From NCBI GenBank assembly GCA_964188305.1, contig OZ076889.1: DNA of 64,000 bases. One strand, 5' to 3'. The notes under the pieces are model-generated. The model made no database searches and was not told where the DNA came from. It worked only from the letters and a program-made list of their open reading frames with translations. The stretch is from Podarcis bocagei. Taxonomy: Eukaryota. Position 1 is the first letter of the stretch, and every line of letters begins with the position of its first letter. Made by a program: the position numbers and the translations under genes. Shown in pieces: positions 37,179 to 49,927 of this stretch.

Positions 37179-38168
37179 GTAAGGGAATATGTCTGTCACG
37201 TATGGGGACCCGATTAATGTGCAGTAAGGAAGAAATTAGAAAGTCTGTCTCAGGGACCTTCAGACCAAGAGTCTTGCTTTCATCAACCCAGTTATGTAAG
37301 CTGAGCAACCAAATCCGGAGAAACACCAGGGGGCTTGAGTCAGGATGTAAGAAGTGTGGACACCCCCCTTGTCCTGGGTACCCTCGAGTCCTGACACTTG
37401 TTTCCTTTAGTCTAGATCACCAAGCAAGGTAAATCAGCAGGCAAGTCTTTAGAAATGAGTTAAAAACTGGTACATTTCCAGACCAAACCTCTTGATTCCC
37501 TTGACAATTTTGGAGACTCATATATGCCCTTTAAATGTTACTCTAGCTGTATGGGAATTGGTTTCCCATGAGTCCTGCACAGTGGAGTGAGGAATTCATT
37601 CTGGGCACTGGCACAATCTTCTGCTCAGAACAGACTACAATTAGGAGCCCAAACCCCCTGCATTCCAGGCAAAATGGTTTGATCCTACTGCTGATCATGA
37701 AGCATTTTTGTTCAGAAAACAGGCAGAATTACACTTAGGGCAGGATAGAGATACCTCTAGAACCCAACAGGGCACCATAGTGTGCTGCTCTGCCTGTGGT
37801 CGCTAGCAACATGACAGAGATAAGTAAGCACTCGTGACAGCAGGAGGATTCTGTGCGGGGAATTTGTTCATAAAAGGCTAGTTCTTTGGACTCGTTCCTA
37901 ATGCTGTGTGGTCAGAGCTGCCCTGGAACCATCATCAAAGCGGTTGCATAGTGTGGGCTTCAAAACGTAGTTGCCAGATTTTGCTGACGTAAGCAGAGAG
38001 TTGACAGCAGTTGCTGCCATGGGTTTGCCATGATGAGGCACAGGAGCAGATGGTGTTAGCGGCTCACTAGCTGAGGAGCAGCCATGCAAACGCAATGGGT
38101 GTAAATGAGCTTTCTTCTTCCTGTAGACAGTATTAGATGTCCAGGCCATGCACAAGTGCCAACAGAGT

Positions 38169-38198
38169 AGCTGGCCCAGGAGCAGCTGGCCCAGGAGC
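38169..38198. repeat. Perfect 15-bp tandem duplication (agctggcccaggagc)x2
   Basis: Direct reading. Confidence 0.85.
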
Positions 38199-39292
38199 AG
38201 CAGCAACTTTGCAAACAGGACACTCCCCCACCCACCTGTGCTGAGCTGCTTAATTCAAGTGTACAGGATGCCAGGCCAAAGCCTAATAATCTAACGAGCA
38301 CCGCTGATAAGTCTCCATGGGAACAATTAGCATTATCTACACTTGATAAACAGTCTCGCACTAAATCTACATCCCAAAGGGTGTCCTCTTTCTCTTTAAC
38401 AGATTTAATTAAGGCAGATATTGTTATGATTTGTGAACACTGAGGCGCAGGCTAAATATCATGGTATTTTTTATTGGGAATGAACTGAGACCTCTGAAAT
38501 TCCTTCACTGAAAAATCAACAACAGGGCTTTCAGTTCTCCTCAGAGAAGAGCCGTTGCTTCATCTGGTCCAGGAGATAAAACTCCCTGCAAAGAGATGAC
38601 TGGTCCTGTGAAGTGAGTGAGAAGTGATGTTATGGTGAGATTCCTGCTGCAATCAGAACCTGACACTGTCCCTGATCTAAGAGAGCTGCTTCCCTGCCTG
38701 TGTTTGATGCTAGAAATGGATTTTAAATGAACGCTGTGTTGGGGAATGAGAACTGATCATGAGGCATTTTCATGAGGGCATAGGCAGAATGTTTTCAGAC
38801 TAGTAGCCCTGGCTTCCACCTCCTAATATTGTACCTTGACAGATTTTTAGTAACAGATTCATCTTGCAGGCTACTTTAGCTTCTCTGACACAGTAACTTA
38901 CATCATTGTTGCCTAACTCCAGAAGGCCCAGCAAGTGAGGAGGAGCCAAGCAGCCATCTCTACCCTAGATAACCGTACCACCGCACTCCTTACTCCCAAA
39001 TGGACGACAGAAAAAGTTGCAATAGTTATGGGAGCTAGGGACCTTATCTTTCTTCCTACCCACATGTGCAGACCAACAGAGCTGGGAGAAGGCAGCACCA
39101 ACTCTTATTTCTACATGGGGGTTCATGTTCTCTCAGATTTGGTATAGTCACGCTTATCAACAGGTCAGCTTGTTTGGTACCTTACACAAAGAAAAAAAAG
39201 ACCCAAACCAGGAAGAGGAGTTTTGGAAAGAACTTCATCCAACCCTTTTCCTATCAGTTTGGGCTGAATCAACTGTTTCCCTCTGCTTACAG

Positions 39293-39546
39293 ATTCTGTA
39301 CAATGGCCAGACTGTGGAGGTGGATGGCCACTCCATGAGGAAGCTGATTAATAACCTGCAGCCAGACACAAATTATTCCTTTGCACTCACAAACCGGGGA
39401 AGTAGCGCAGGAGCCTTGCAGCACCGAGTCTTCATCCGGACAGCACCTGATGTCATCCAGAGCAAGCCCATTTCCACATACAAATACATCCATAATGGGC
39501 AGTTCACTCTGACTCTTCCCAAAGTGCAGACCTCTGTGCCAGTCAG
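39293..39546 (+). CDS. PTPRF: Exon encoding rest of FN3 repeat 8 and start of the membrane-proximal region (ILYNGQTVEVDG...TSVPVR)
   Basis: ttacag|ATTCTG ... GTCAG|gtacgt; 254 nt, phase 0-2. Confidence 0.96.
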
Positions 39547-39796
39547 GTACGTTTCTACTTTATTTATTTTTTTATTTATGATGCTATTATAGGAAAACAT
39601 GGTGTTGTATAGTTGTGGAAGGGTCTCCTGAGTCCCTGCAGAGTTTTGGTGGTTTTGCACATATAATAAGGGTGGTATTATAGGGAACTGTATTGGATTT
39701 CATAGATCATGATAATGGTGTAAATCCATCTACAACATGTTAAAAATGGTTCCCAATAGCAAGAGGTTATTAAAAATATGAGAGCACTCTGTGCAG

Positions 39797-39911
39797 CAGC
39801 CTTACCTGATCTGATGTTTTGAACTACAACTCCCAGCTGGCATGGTCGATGGACAAAGGTATCAGAGCTGTAGCCCAAAACATCTGGAAGGCACTAGGTT
39901 GGGCAAGGGCG
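39797..39911. mobile_element. Degraded palindromic hAT-like MITE
   Basis: gatgttttgaactacaactccc ... gagctgtagcccaaaacatc inverted pair. Confidence 0.55.
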
Positions 39912-40356
39912 ATGTGCAGGATGTGATCAGGGTTCTGGATCTGGGCTACCATTTTTACATATTATAACCTGCTCCTCTCAGTCACCTATCATTATATGAA
40001 AAATAGGGAGTCATAATCCCCATCATTCATCTGAAAGGGCCCAGGATGTACTTTCCACACTGCTGCACAGTTACTTTAAATAATGTATGTAAATCCTAAT
40101 AGGAGGCTTGTGGAAGTCTCATTTGTGTTTTTGATCTCCCACCACTGAAAAAGGAACCAGATTATAGAGCTGTGCTTTCCCAGTTTCGGACACTATCACT
40201 TAGAAGCTGGCCTGGTGACTTTCATTAACCTAATACATGCCAGCAGGCTACAGCCCGTGTCTCTGGGAAGTTCAAAGGAGGGAGTTGCAGGGCTTTCATG
40301 GAGAGCATCCCTCTGTTTGAAGTAGAGCTCACTTATTCCCCTCTCTTGTTCCCCAG

Positions 40357-40447
40357 GTGGTACTACATCGTGGTTGTGCCGATAGACCACACAAGCAACC
40401 TAGTTGGCTCCAGATTGAAGAGCCCAGATGATATGGGACTAGACCAG
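40357..40447 (+). CDS. PTPRF: Exon, membrane-proximal region (WYYIVVVPIDHTSNLVGSRLKSPDDMGLDQ)
   Basis: ccccag|GTGGTAC ... GACCAG|gtagga; 91 nt, phase 2-0. Confidence 0.95.
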
Positions 40448-42280
40448 GTAGGAGAAGGCCAAAACTTGTTTCCACTTGTTTTGAAGGGGGTAAGGGAAAC
40501 AGATGTTCAAGAAACTAGCCCACACATATGAAATAATTTGGGAGAGTATATGAGCAGCGTTAACCATCCTGTCATACTGGAGATAATGGCAAAGGACCTG
40601 GGGTTTCGGAAACTTTGCCTATGTGGGATAATTCCCACATTTGATAGCTTAATTTGGAGGTGCCATTTTCTGCCATCCTGAAGTCATCAAGTTCCTCAAA
40701 TACCCATGATATCCATATTTATCTTTAACCAGCTCTCAAAATTGCCTGTGAAGCTTACTGGTCCAGTGAAAGAGGTCACTGAAGTGTGATTGCCCATGGA
40801 CTTGTTGCATGTATGGATCACACCACGCCTCCTTCTGCCCTCAGGTTCTGTTGTATAATTTATATGCAAAACAAGATGTAGGAAGCAGAGGTCCCCATTG
40901 GGATGGGTAAGGCAGAAGGCAGGGAGCCCAAACTGTACTTGGAGTCAGAGCCAGTGACAGGCAGAGTCACTTAATTCTCCCTGCTGAGTTTTGCAAGGGA
41001 AACACTGAGACTTAAGAAAGAGAAAACTGGCAGTCAGTGCCACCCCCTACACTGGATGTAAATAAGAAGCCAGGCAAGTGGGGGCTTACCAAGGGGAGCA
41101 GTGCCCCAATTTGCCCCAATAGATCAGTTTCCACTGGTAAAAACTGAAGCTTGGATAAGACTGTGTGCACACACACATCTTTGTGTTGCACACATTAGTT
41201 AGGATGCAGAGAAGCTGTGGTTGGAGGGCAGGGATGCCATTTTGTTAAGGTCACAAGCCAGCACCCTCCTTCCCTGAAATAATGGCATGGTTCTGTGTGG
41301 TCTCTGTTTTCCTCCTGGCACCACCATTGCTCTAATGCTTCATCTCTGCCCTAACACATTTTTGTGTGAAATGTATTTCATGCCTCCTCCTTCATTTTAA
41401 ATTAGAATTTCTGTTCAGAGCCTAGCATTCATTTTTATTCATTAGAAAAACATCTTTAAACATCTGAGAGCTTTTCTGAGCAATGTAATTGAATTTTGGT
41501 GTGTTTATATCCTTTTTTCTTGAGTTTGTGGATGACTATGAAATTTGCCATTTTTTCCTCTCTCTGAACATTCCATGTTAGCACTGTGTGTGATTTATAC
41601 AAAGTCTTGCTGCAGCCCAGCAGGATGTGGTGGGGGTGGTGAGCTCTGCGTACAGATTTTGTCCGTTTTAGTGTAAGCTACAAAGTGTGTTTGCAGAGTG
41701 GCAGAAATATGTGTCAAAGCCTGTGGAATTTTTGCCTATCTCCAAAAGTTCAAATTGCTGAGCATCTAAAGATGCATATGTGGACTGTGTGGCCTGTTCT
41801 CTGCTGCTCCTGCTGCTCTACCATCAAAGAGAAACATGTATTTTAAAATGATTTCCCTTGAGATGTTGAGGGGTATAAACTTTATAAAAATGGTACACTA
41901 TTTTTCACAAAACTGTGCCCAGTGTAGGTTATGATGAATACAAACAAAACATGCATAAGAATGTGAACAGAGGCCTGCTGGGTCAGACCAGGGGTCCATC
42001 GTGTCCTGCTTCCTGCTTTTCACAGTTATCCACCATAAACCCAGGACAACACTTGGTTCCAGTTTTACCCCCAGCAACTTAATTAACTGTTCTGTTAAGG
42101 AAGTAGGTGTACATTCATTGAGTTCTAGAGAAAGCCTTCGGGAATGCACTAGAGTAATGAATATCTGGACCTCCCTGGTGTTTTTTGTCACCTGGCTTAC
42201 AGGTTTTCATCATGGAAATGTAGAGTTACCTTGGTAAATAGCATTGCTCTCTCTCACGCTAGCTTCCTTTTGCCACCCAG

Positions 42281-42493
42281 CTACTTGAGGCCATGAACCA
42301 AGGGGACCCAAGCAGGCGCCAGCGACGTCAGGCAGAGCGGCTCAAGCCTTATATTGCTGCCCAAATGGATGATCTGCCAGAGACCTTTGTCTTGGGGGAC
42401 CAGAAGAGCTATCAAGGCTTTTACAATAAGCCCCTTTCAGAAGACTTGAGCTACCGTTGTTTTGTGCTGGCTTCACTGGAGGATGGGGATACG
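42281..42493 (+). CDS. PTPRF: Exon with proprotein-convertase site (LLEAMNQGDPSRRQRRQAERLKPYIAAQ...EDGDT)
   Basis: acccag|CTACTT ... GATACG|gtaagg; 213 nt, phase 0-0; RRQRR at 42314-42328. Confidence 0.96.
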
Positions 42494-43469
42494 GTAAGGA
42501 CCACGAGAAGCGAAGGGACTGTGTGCTGCCTAAGACAGCCATTCCAGAGATGGCATTAGGGAAGCTTTGTCACAGTGGAACTTTGCTCTGCAAAGCTTAA
42601 GCTAATAAAATCAGATGTATAAAACAACTCAGAATCTCCTTCCCCTTCTCCATGCCTCTCTTGCCGGGTGCCTTGCAGTCCATAGGAAGAAAATAGATTA
42701 TCTGCCCCACTCTCTGTGCTTCTTCACTTTCCACACCCCTGTAATCTTTAGGATTATCCATTGTTCCAAGCCAGAATGAATAAGGGAGGGGAAATGGTGG
42801 ATAATGCCATTGCTTCTGCAAATGTGTAAATAATGTCCACCCATAATGAAGATACTCAAGCCCTTCTGCTCCGTCCCATGCTGGGTCTCTCACTTTCAGC
42901 CTCATTTACTTGTAATGGCTCATTAGAGCTGGTCAAATGCTTCATTACTCTTCTGGTCTGAGCACTTGTGTGGCGGACATAGCAAACATGCAGGCAGGAG
43001 AATAGAGGCTGCAGAGCAGGCAGATAAGGTGCCCTTGTGCCACAAGGTTGGGTACTGCATGTACAAGAGTGAATGTGCACAAGAGCACTTTGGCTAGCAG
43101 AGCAAACTCTCCAAGCAACTGGTTTTATTTTGTGGTGCAACTGCAGCTGCCCTCTACATAAGATCTGCTGCCCTCACAAAGTTCTCTGCCAGTTCTTTCT
43201 GAAACCTGTGCCAGGTTGTGAGCTCCAGCTTGGCACTCAACTCAGTCGTCGTGTTCTTAAACTAGAGGAATGAAGCCACAATATCATAAATGGCTGTTGC
43301 TGAAAGAACGATTGTAGAGCCACAGATTACTTTGTCATTTAGCACTTTATCAGTCTTGTTTCATTTATCACTGCATTATTCTGCATTTCATTTCCCTGTG
43401 ACTTCATTGGTTACAGCCCCCTCCATGTCCCCAGGCATGTGTATATATACATATACCTGTAATTCAGAG

Positions 43470-43570
43470 TAACACATCATGCATCTAATGGGCTGTAGTT
43501 CACAAAAGCTATGCCACAGTGAATTTATTAGTCTTTAAGGCACCGCAAATACCTTCCTTGTTTTTGCTGC
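43470..43570 (+). mobile_element. Probable Penelope-like element terminal-repeat remnant
   Basis: catgcatctaatgggctgtagttcacaaaagctatgcc...ttattagtctttaaggcaccgcaa resembles reptile PLE terminal repeats as I recall them; heavily decayed. Confidence 0.45.
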
Positions 43571-44634
43571 CCCCTGGAATTCAACATTTATTGTTTTGTT
43601 TCCCCAAGAAGTGTCAGAAATTTAGTTCTAATCTTAGAACTTGGGGAACGTGTAGTTATTTCTCAGTAATGTGAAAATGGGCTCTAGAATATTATTTTTT
43701 ACTATTCTGCATGTTCTAGGACTTAGCCCTGCCACTGAACCAGGTTCCAGAGACAAAATGTGGCTCAAATTAAGCCAGGCAGGTATTTCCTGCTGAGCAT
43801 CCACAAAAGCAGCTGCTATGGGCATGTTTTCTCTGTGTTTCAGAGAAGAGGCTATTTAAGATCTCCGCTTTCAGACTGGCAGAATTTGGTCAACAGGCAT
43901 CTCCGCAGGGGCTAAAAGTGAGACCAGTGTACGCCTCTACCTTGAGCAAGGCAACAGGAAGCCTCCACTAGAACAGAGAACATGGTCCTCCCTGAACATA
44001 CGTCTTCTGGCAGGCATTAAAAAAAAGATATAAGCATAGCATGTATTGGAACAGAGCCAGCCAATTTTGTATTGCTTTTTTGGTTGCAACTTGCCAGTCC
44101 CTTGTATGACTTGGAAGCCTTTGCATGTTAGAAGCCCCATGTGAATCCTGCTGTATTCAGGGCTTATGCTAGAGCTTCAAGGACAGCCATGAGTTAGTCT
44201 GCTGTTCAGTGTGGAACATAATGCCCAGTGGGTGTTCCTTGACATATAACCCCCTAGGGTGATGTGTTTATAACGGCATAATAGGTATTATAAACCACTT
44301 AGTCACTACCCGCCAGGCCTGATGCTCAATTGGCTGCATCTCCAAAGCCTATAATTTGGCTCTTCGTGTGTCTGAGGCTGGCAACTTGTTCTCAGCTGGA
44401 CCATTCCTTTCTGGCACTGAGGGAGGCCACTTTCTAGCTGATGTGGTTCTGAATGTTCCATTACTGTGGAGAGGAGGTTTGTTTTCACGATGTCTGTTAA
44501 TTCCCTGGGTGCTCATGAGGAAAATTGCAGGTGGGCAGCTTGGGGCTATTGTACCAAGGGACAACTCAGAATTAAGCAAGGAAGAGACCTGATCAGTGAT
44601 CTTTGTCTGCTCTCCTCTCTCTCAAACTCACCAG

Positions 44635-44786
44635 AAGAAGTATGCAGCCAGCCCCTACTCAGATGAGATTGTGATGGAGGTTTCAGCAAAACAGCAGGAT
44701 GAACCAGAGATGCTGTGGGTGATGGGGCCTGTCCTGGCTGTCATCTTAATCATCATCATTGTCATTGCTATCCTGCTCTTCAAAAG
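44635..44786 (+). CDS. PTPRF: Transmembrane exon (KKYAASPYSDEIV...EPEMLWVMGPVLAVILIIIIVIAILLFKR)
   Basis: caccag|AAGAAG ... AAAAG|gtgagc; 152 nt, phase 0-2; long hydrophobic helix. Confidence 0.96.
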
Positions 44787-45561
44787 GTGAGCACACGCCT
44801 ATGCCCGTGCAATGTGGTGGTGTCCATGGTGCTGTATTGTGCCAAGCTCAAGAACATTTACAGTGAGCAAACTATATGATAAATCCAAGGACACTGTCTC
44901 TTCTGGGGGATGTGGTCTGAACCTTCCTGAAGGTGTTTCTCAATGGAGCCTGCAAAACAGTGCTATCTAAGGCAAGCCCTAGGAAGGGGAGCATGGGATC
45001 ACATTCAGTGGTTTCTGCATTTCATTTTGTGCTGGGAAGGTATATACTGGAAGTGAACTGGGGCTGTGTCAGTGCCAGATGAACTGTGAAGCCATAGGAC
45101 ATGGCTTCTGCTTAGTGGTTCTAGGGTGATGACCTGTATCACCATGCCTCAGATTAAGTAAAAGGCTCTGGCCAACAAATGCCTACATCCCTTGGTTTAT
45201 TCAGAGGCCTGGTGCTTTTCCCCAAGTCTTCTTGGCTCTGAGAATGAACCCTCCATGTGGTAACAAGGACCCTTTGTTCCAGAGATTTGTCCTCAGCCTA
45301 GTCATAGGTGTTCTGATCCATGATCTGGGACATGGGTGTCAAGTGCTTGGGCTGTTAAAAGAAGCAGGAGCTGCTCATTTGGTTACAGGGAGTGCTTACT
45401 CTCCCATCTTTGCTCTGGGAAGCTGTCATCATTTTTCTCCAACTAAATGTGCATAATAACACCAAGAGGGGAGGTGACTTTGGGTTATTGCATGCACAGT
45501 TAGTACCTTTTTGTAACCTGGATTTCCTCTTTTTTTCTATTTCTGCTGTCCCTGGATCTAG

Positions 45562-45573
45562 CAAACAAGAAAG
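45562..45573 (+). CDS. PTPRF: Microexon LASE-b (12 nt, immediately after the TM helix), inserts SKQE
   Basis: ttctgctgtccctggatctag|CAAACAAGAAAG|gtagac; phase 2-2; gives FK-SKQE-RKR, matching the 12-nt juxtamembrane LAR insert. Confidence 0.85.
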
Positions 45574-47140
45574 GTAGACATCTGCCCTCCTCCTCCCCCC
45601 TTACTAATCCTTTGCTTTGTTTGTTTCACATCCACTGTTTCATCTTGTTAAAAACAGTAATCATAAGTCTTCCTATCCAGACTAATCTGGCTTTTGGATA
45701 TTGCTCTGCCTACCTAGCCATTGTGGTGTCCTAAACTCCTTTAACCTTCTCTTCTGTTATATTTAAATAAATGGCTTCACAAGTAAGGTGTGACAGAGTT
45801 TTAGAAAATTCCTTTTCAGTGCATTTGGTGTTCCAGGATTTGTGGGGTTATTTGCCCCCTATATTGATCAAGGATGTGACATTACCATGAGCTGACTCTA
45901 GTTCCTTGGCATAATCAGCATGCTCTATAAACCAGTTAATAAGGCCTTGCTCTGAGCTGTTCCCTTTTCAGTGTCACTGTGTGTGTCCTACAAAGGTCTC
46001 CCACTGCTTGCTGACTTTGGTGTCTAGCTGATTCTTAGTAAATCTGGAAGTAATGCTGTTACAACAGAGTGACACTGACTTTCAGCAGGAGGCAGGAACC
46101 AAAGCAAAGTCTTAGGCTTATTTCAACAATGGTCCCCTTTGGTGATAAATTCAAGTTGATGCAGGGCTCTTATTTCAGATGTTGTAATGTGGTGGCTGCT
46201 TTATAAATGACTCCCCACTTCATGCATGCATGTGCATACAGCTGAACAAACTTTTGTTTTCTCCCCTCACAGCACAGAGGCACCATGCTAATTGTGGCAA
46301 TTTCTCCCTTCTAACAAATAGAGTTGTGCCGTCAGGCAAAGTAAAAAAATCCTTTTCAGGGTGCTATCAACAGTGTCTCCAGGTTAATCATAAGTGCTTT
46401 GGGCTTCTGATGTGTTTGAAAGAGCAACAGATACACACACCTCTCTGCTGAATTGCCTGCAGGATTGCAGCACAGTGCTCCTTAATACCAGGCTGGGGTG
46501 TTTCTGTTTCTGTTGAATACCCCCTCCCCGTGGCTTAGTTACCCCAGAAAACACATTGCAACTTTAAGAGGCAACACCATATGAGGTTTTCTGGTTTAAT
46601 GGTAGCCACTGGACATCACTGATAGCTCTTCTTGTCATGCCAAAATTTCCTGTAAATGTCTCCCATTTAATCACTGAGCAGGTTCATCTCTGCTTAGCTA
46701 GTGAAATCTACTAGGATAAGAGCCTAGGGTGGTGGAGCTGCAGGCATAAATATAGCATGAAGAGACAACAGTGTATTTTATTGTTCCATTAACACACGCC
46801 TGGGGGGCCTTCAGCCACTCAAGACAAGTATTAATGGACCAATAAAATTCACCCTGAAGAGCCCTTACCCTATTATATTACAACTCTTCACATTTTAAAT
46901 AATTTTTTTAATACTTGGCAAAATCTTAAGTATATTCATCCACCAGAGGAAATAGTTCCCAACACTGGTGTGTGGAAGATGGAAGTGGAACTGGAGATTT
47001 TGTCAGCTCTGGGGAGGGGGTTACCAGTCCCCCTTACAGCTAGGTGCATTATTGAGTCTGCTACAGGGTCATCTTGAAGCTCTCTGCCATTTGGTCCATG
47101 CCCAGATCTACCTTCTGAGCTGCGCCTTCTCTCCCTTTAG

Positions 47141-47256
47141 GAAAAGGGCCAATTCACCCTCCGCCAAGGATGAGCATTCCATTGGCCTGAAGGACTCCTT
47201 GCTGGCCCATTCCTCTGATCCTGTTGAAATGAGGCGACTCAACTACCAAACACCAG
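47141..47256 (+). CDS. PTPRF: Juxtamembrane exon (RKRANSPSAKDEHSIGLKDSLLAHSSDPVEMRRLNYQTP)
   Basis: ctttag|GAAAAGG ... CCAG|gtaggt; 116 nt, phase 2-1. Confidence 0.96.
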
Positions 47257-49239
47257 GTAGGTACCACTTGACGGCCCCACAGAGGCCCGTGCTCCTTTTA
47301 CTGGCAGGAGTTTGTGATAAGAGAGCCTCTTCTTCCCTTTGCAGTGTTGTGTGCACCTTCTCAGGCTAGGTTCAGAGGCCAGTGCGGCTCAATACACTGT
47401 TGCTCACGTGTATATCTGACATTGGCAACAGTCAGAATGGGGATGGCAGGCTTTCTGTTGGCTCAATAGCCTGACCATACATGCATCACAAGGTGCTGGA
47501 AGGCATAGCGTGACAAAGAACAGGCTCTAATGGAGCCCTTGTCATGATTTATCTTATATTCCATAGATAACACTCAGTTTTTTGGCCCACATCGTGCTTT
47601 CCAGATATGGTCTCAAAATTAGCCAGCAAAAGGAAAGTCCAACATGCCAGTAGGTCCACTGTCAAGTAGCAGGTAGGCAGGTTCATGATTCAGCTCCTGC
47701 AGTGCTTCCAACTCTTAAGGTACGTTGCAGTTGTAATAGATGCTGCTTAGCTGTGTCAGCAAAACAATCTGTCTTCAACAGAGTCTATTTCCTAGATTTC
47801 TTGCTTTGTGGAGGGCCTCACATCCTCATCTGAGGCAGGATGTGGTTTGCATTCTATCGTGTTAGAGTTGAAGCAACCTATTCCTTCCTTATTTAGATTG
47901 TGGGATTCATGAAGGCTATTGAATGATGTTAGCGGTCAGTGGGGGCTTCTAGCTCAGTACACCCAGACTCTACCTAGCAAGATGTGACCTGTATTCCTTT
48001 TCCTCAAAACTATTTGTCCTCCTATAATAGATTTGGGGGGGAAAGCAGTTGCAGGAAGGGAATTGGAAGTTGTGCCCTGTGACTATGTGCAGCGCGGCTC
48101 TCTTCTCTCTCTCTTTAGGCTTGAGTCCTTTACCTCATACTGCCTTGCAGGTGGGTCAGAGGACGGGGGCTTTTGTGGGTTGTACGCACACAGCTTGTAG
48201 AATTGGGAGCACGACCCACCCTATTAGTGTAAAGTCATTATTCCACCAGATGGTTTGCAGAGTCCAACATGACAGGAGAGTTAGAGGTCTAGTCCAGAGG
48301 GGTCACAGAGAGAAGATAGAGGCATGGACATGGTGCAGAGTTGTATGTGCTAACAAGGGATGTTGCACAAAAGGGAAGCTTGACAAAAGAAAGCGAGTTA
48401 GCCTCATAGTGTATACGCAATCCCCCCCCCCCCATATTCTCAGGTGTGACCATACTTGCTGAGCTGCTAGCTTGAGCTTTTGCACCCTTTTATCTTCTCA
48501 GGTGCCCAGTAGGGAACAATCAGTGTACAAAAAAAGTTCTGGTATTATTGTTTCAGTCTGAGACACTTAGTTGCCTCCACCTATCCTCACCCTCTTCTGT
48601 GATGGATGGATGCCTTCTGTGGGCCAGACAGCAGCAACTAAACCCTGAGCAGTCTCATAGTTGATATCCCTTCTGGCAAATGTAGAGGCAGGAAAGGCCT
48701 TGCTCAGTACATAATTAATCAAGCTGCTGTTATTAAATATTAAGCTTATCACTTTAATAGTTTCCACTTCAGACACAGGTTCTTGCGTGAATTGTCAGCT
48801 CCTTTGTTCTCATGTTCCATTTTGCAGACTTGTGGCAGGTCAGGCAGGGTGATGTCGCTACTAAGCGATTGGGTGAATTTTGACTACACCTTGGTTCCAA
48901 GGCTCTGCTGCTGTCTCATGTAGGAGGGAAGCATGGTCTTGGAAAGCAGCATGTGCTGGGAATAGGAACTCTGTTTCCTGGCCAACAAGCAAAGCCATCT
49001 ATCATGTCTGTTGTGGGGAAATCCTTTTTGTGAAATAATCCTGGTTGTATTTGGTGCTTGTCTTAATACATCACCCTCCATGCTGCCACATGTGTAGCAA
49101 GCATCAAGCTGCAATTCCCATCCCTAAATGTAGGAATGTGAAGGTGGTTGTGGGGATTTTTGTGCTGCCCTTTGACCCTCCTCTGTCGCATCTTTAACTC
49201 TTCCCTCAGCAACAGCTAATGGGATTTCTGTTCTTTCAG

Positions 49240-49272
49240 GTGCCAGTGGCCCCAGTTGCCCGAATATCTCAA
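49240..49272 (+). CDS. PTPRF: Microexon LASE-a (33 nt, intracellular juxtamembrane), encodes (G)ASGPSCPNIS(S)
   Basis: tttcag|GTGCCAGTGGCCCCAGTTGCCCGAATATCTCAA|gttagt; phase 1-1; resembles mammalian LAR insert GSSAPSCPNIS; branch-like ctaat upstream. Confidence 0.9.
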
Positions 49273-49876
49273 GTTAGTTTTCTCTCCTCCTCCTTTTTCT
49301 TCTTCCTCACTATCTTTTCCCCGCCTCTTTCTTTCTCATCTTTTTTGTTCAGTGTCATGAAGGTCAACCTCACTCACCACAGACTTAGTGCTAACCCTTC
49401 TCTTGCTAGTGAGCCAGGCTGTCCCCCACAAACTAGTCTCTGGTGCTACTCACATACAATGCTCCAGCCTGCATGTGAAGAAAGAAAGAGAGATTAACAC
49501 GTCACAGTTTTCCAAACAATGAAATTCACAAATCAGCCAGCAAAATTGCAATCTTGACTGAGCGCATGAAGCTGCAGCAGCTCTTTCTTTGGTATGTTAT
49601 AGGACCCCAACTTAGGGAAGCAAGGCCTGGCTGCAGATGCAAAGGATGCACTTATATCATGTGGAGGCCATACAGCATCTCCTCCAAAATGAAAAGGAAG
49701 TGTTCTCTATCCAAATGTAGTCCAGCAAGCTAGGACTTGCTCATCTCCTCCATATGCTCCTCAGCCACTGTTTCGCAGGCAGCACCTTATTGGAATGCCT
49801 TAAAACCAAATGTATTTATTTAGGCATTCAGTCATTCTTAAACCCAGTTCAGTTTATGCAGGTATAAAAACAATGA

Positions 49877-49877
<1 letters not shown>

Positions 49878-49927
<50 letters not shown>

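Noticed and set aside
44635-49272. Identity as PTPRS or PTPRD
   Set aside because: TM, juxtamembrane, SKQE and PSCPNIS sequences are LAR/PTPRF-type.
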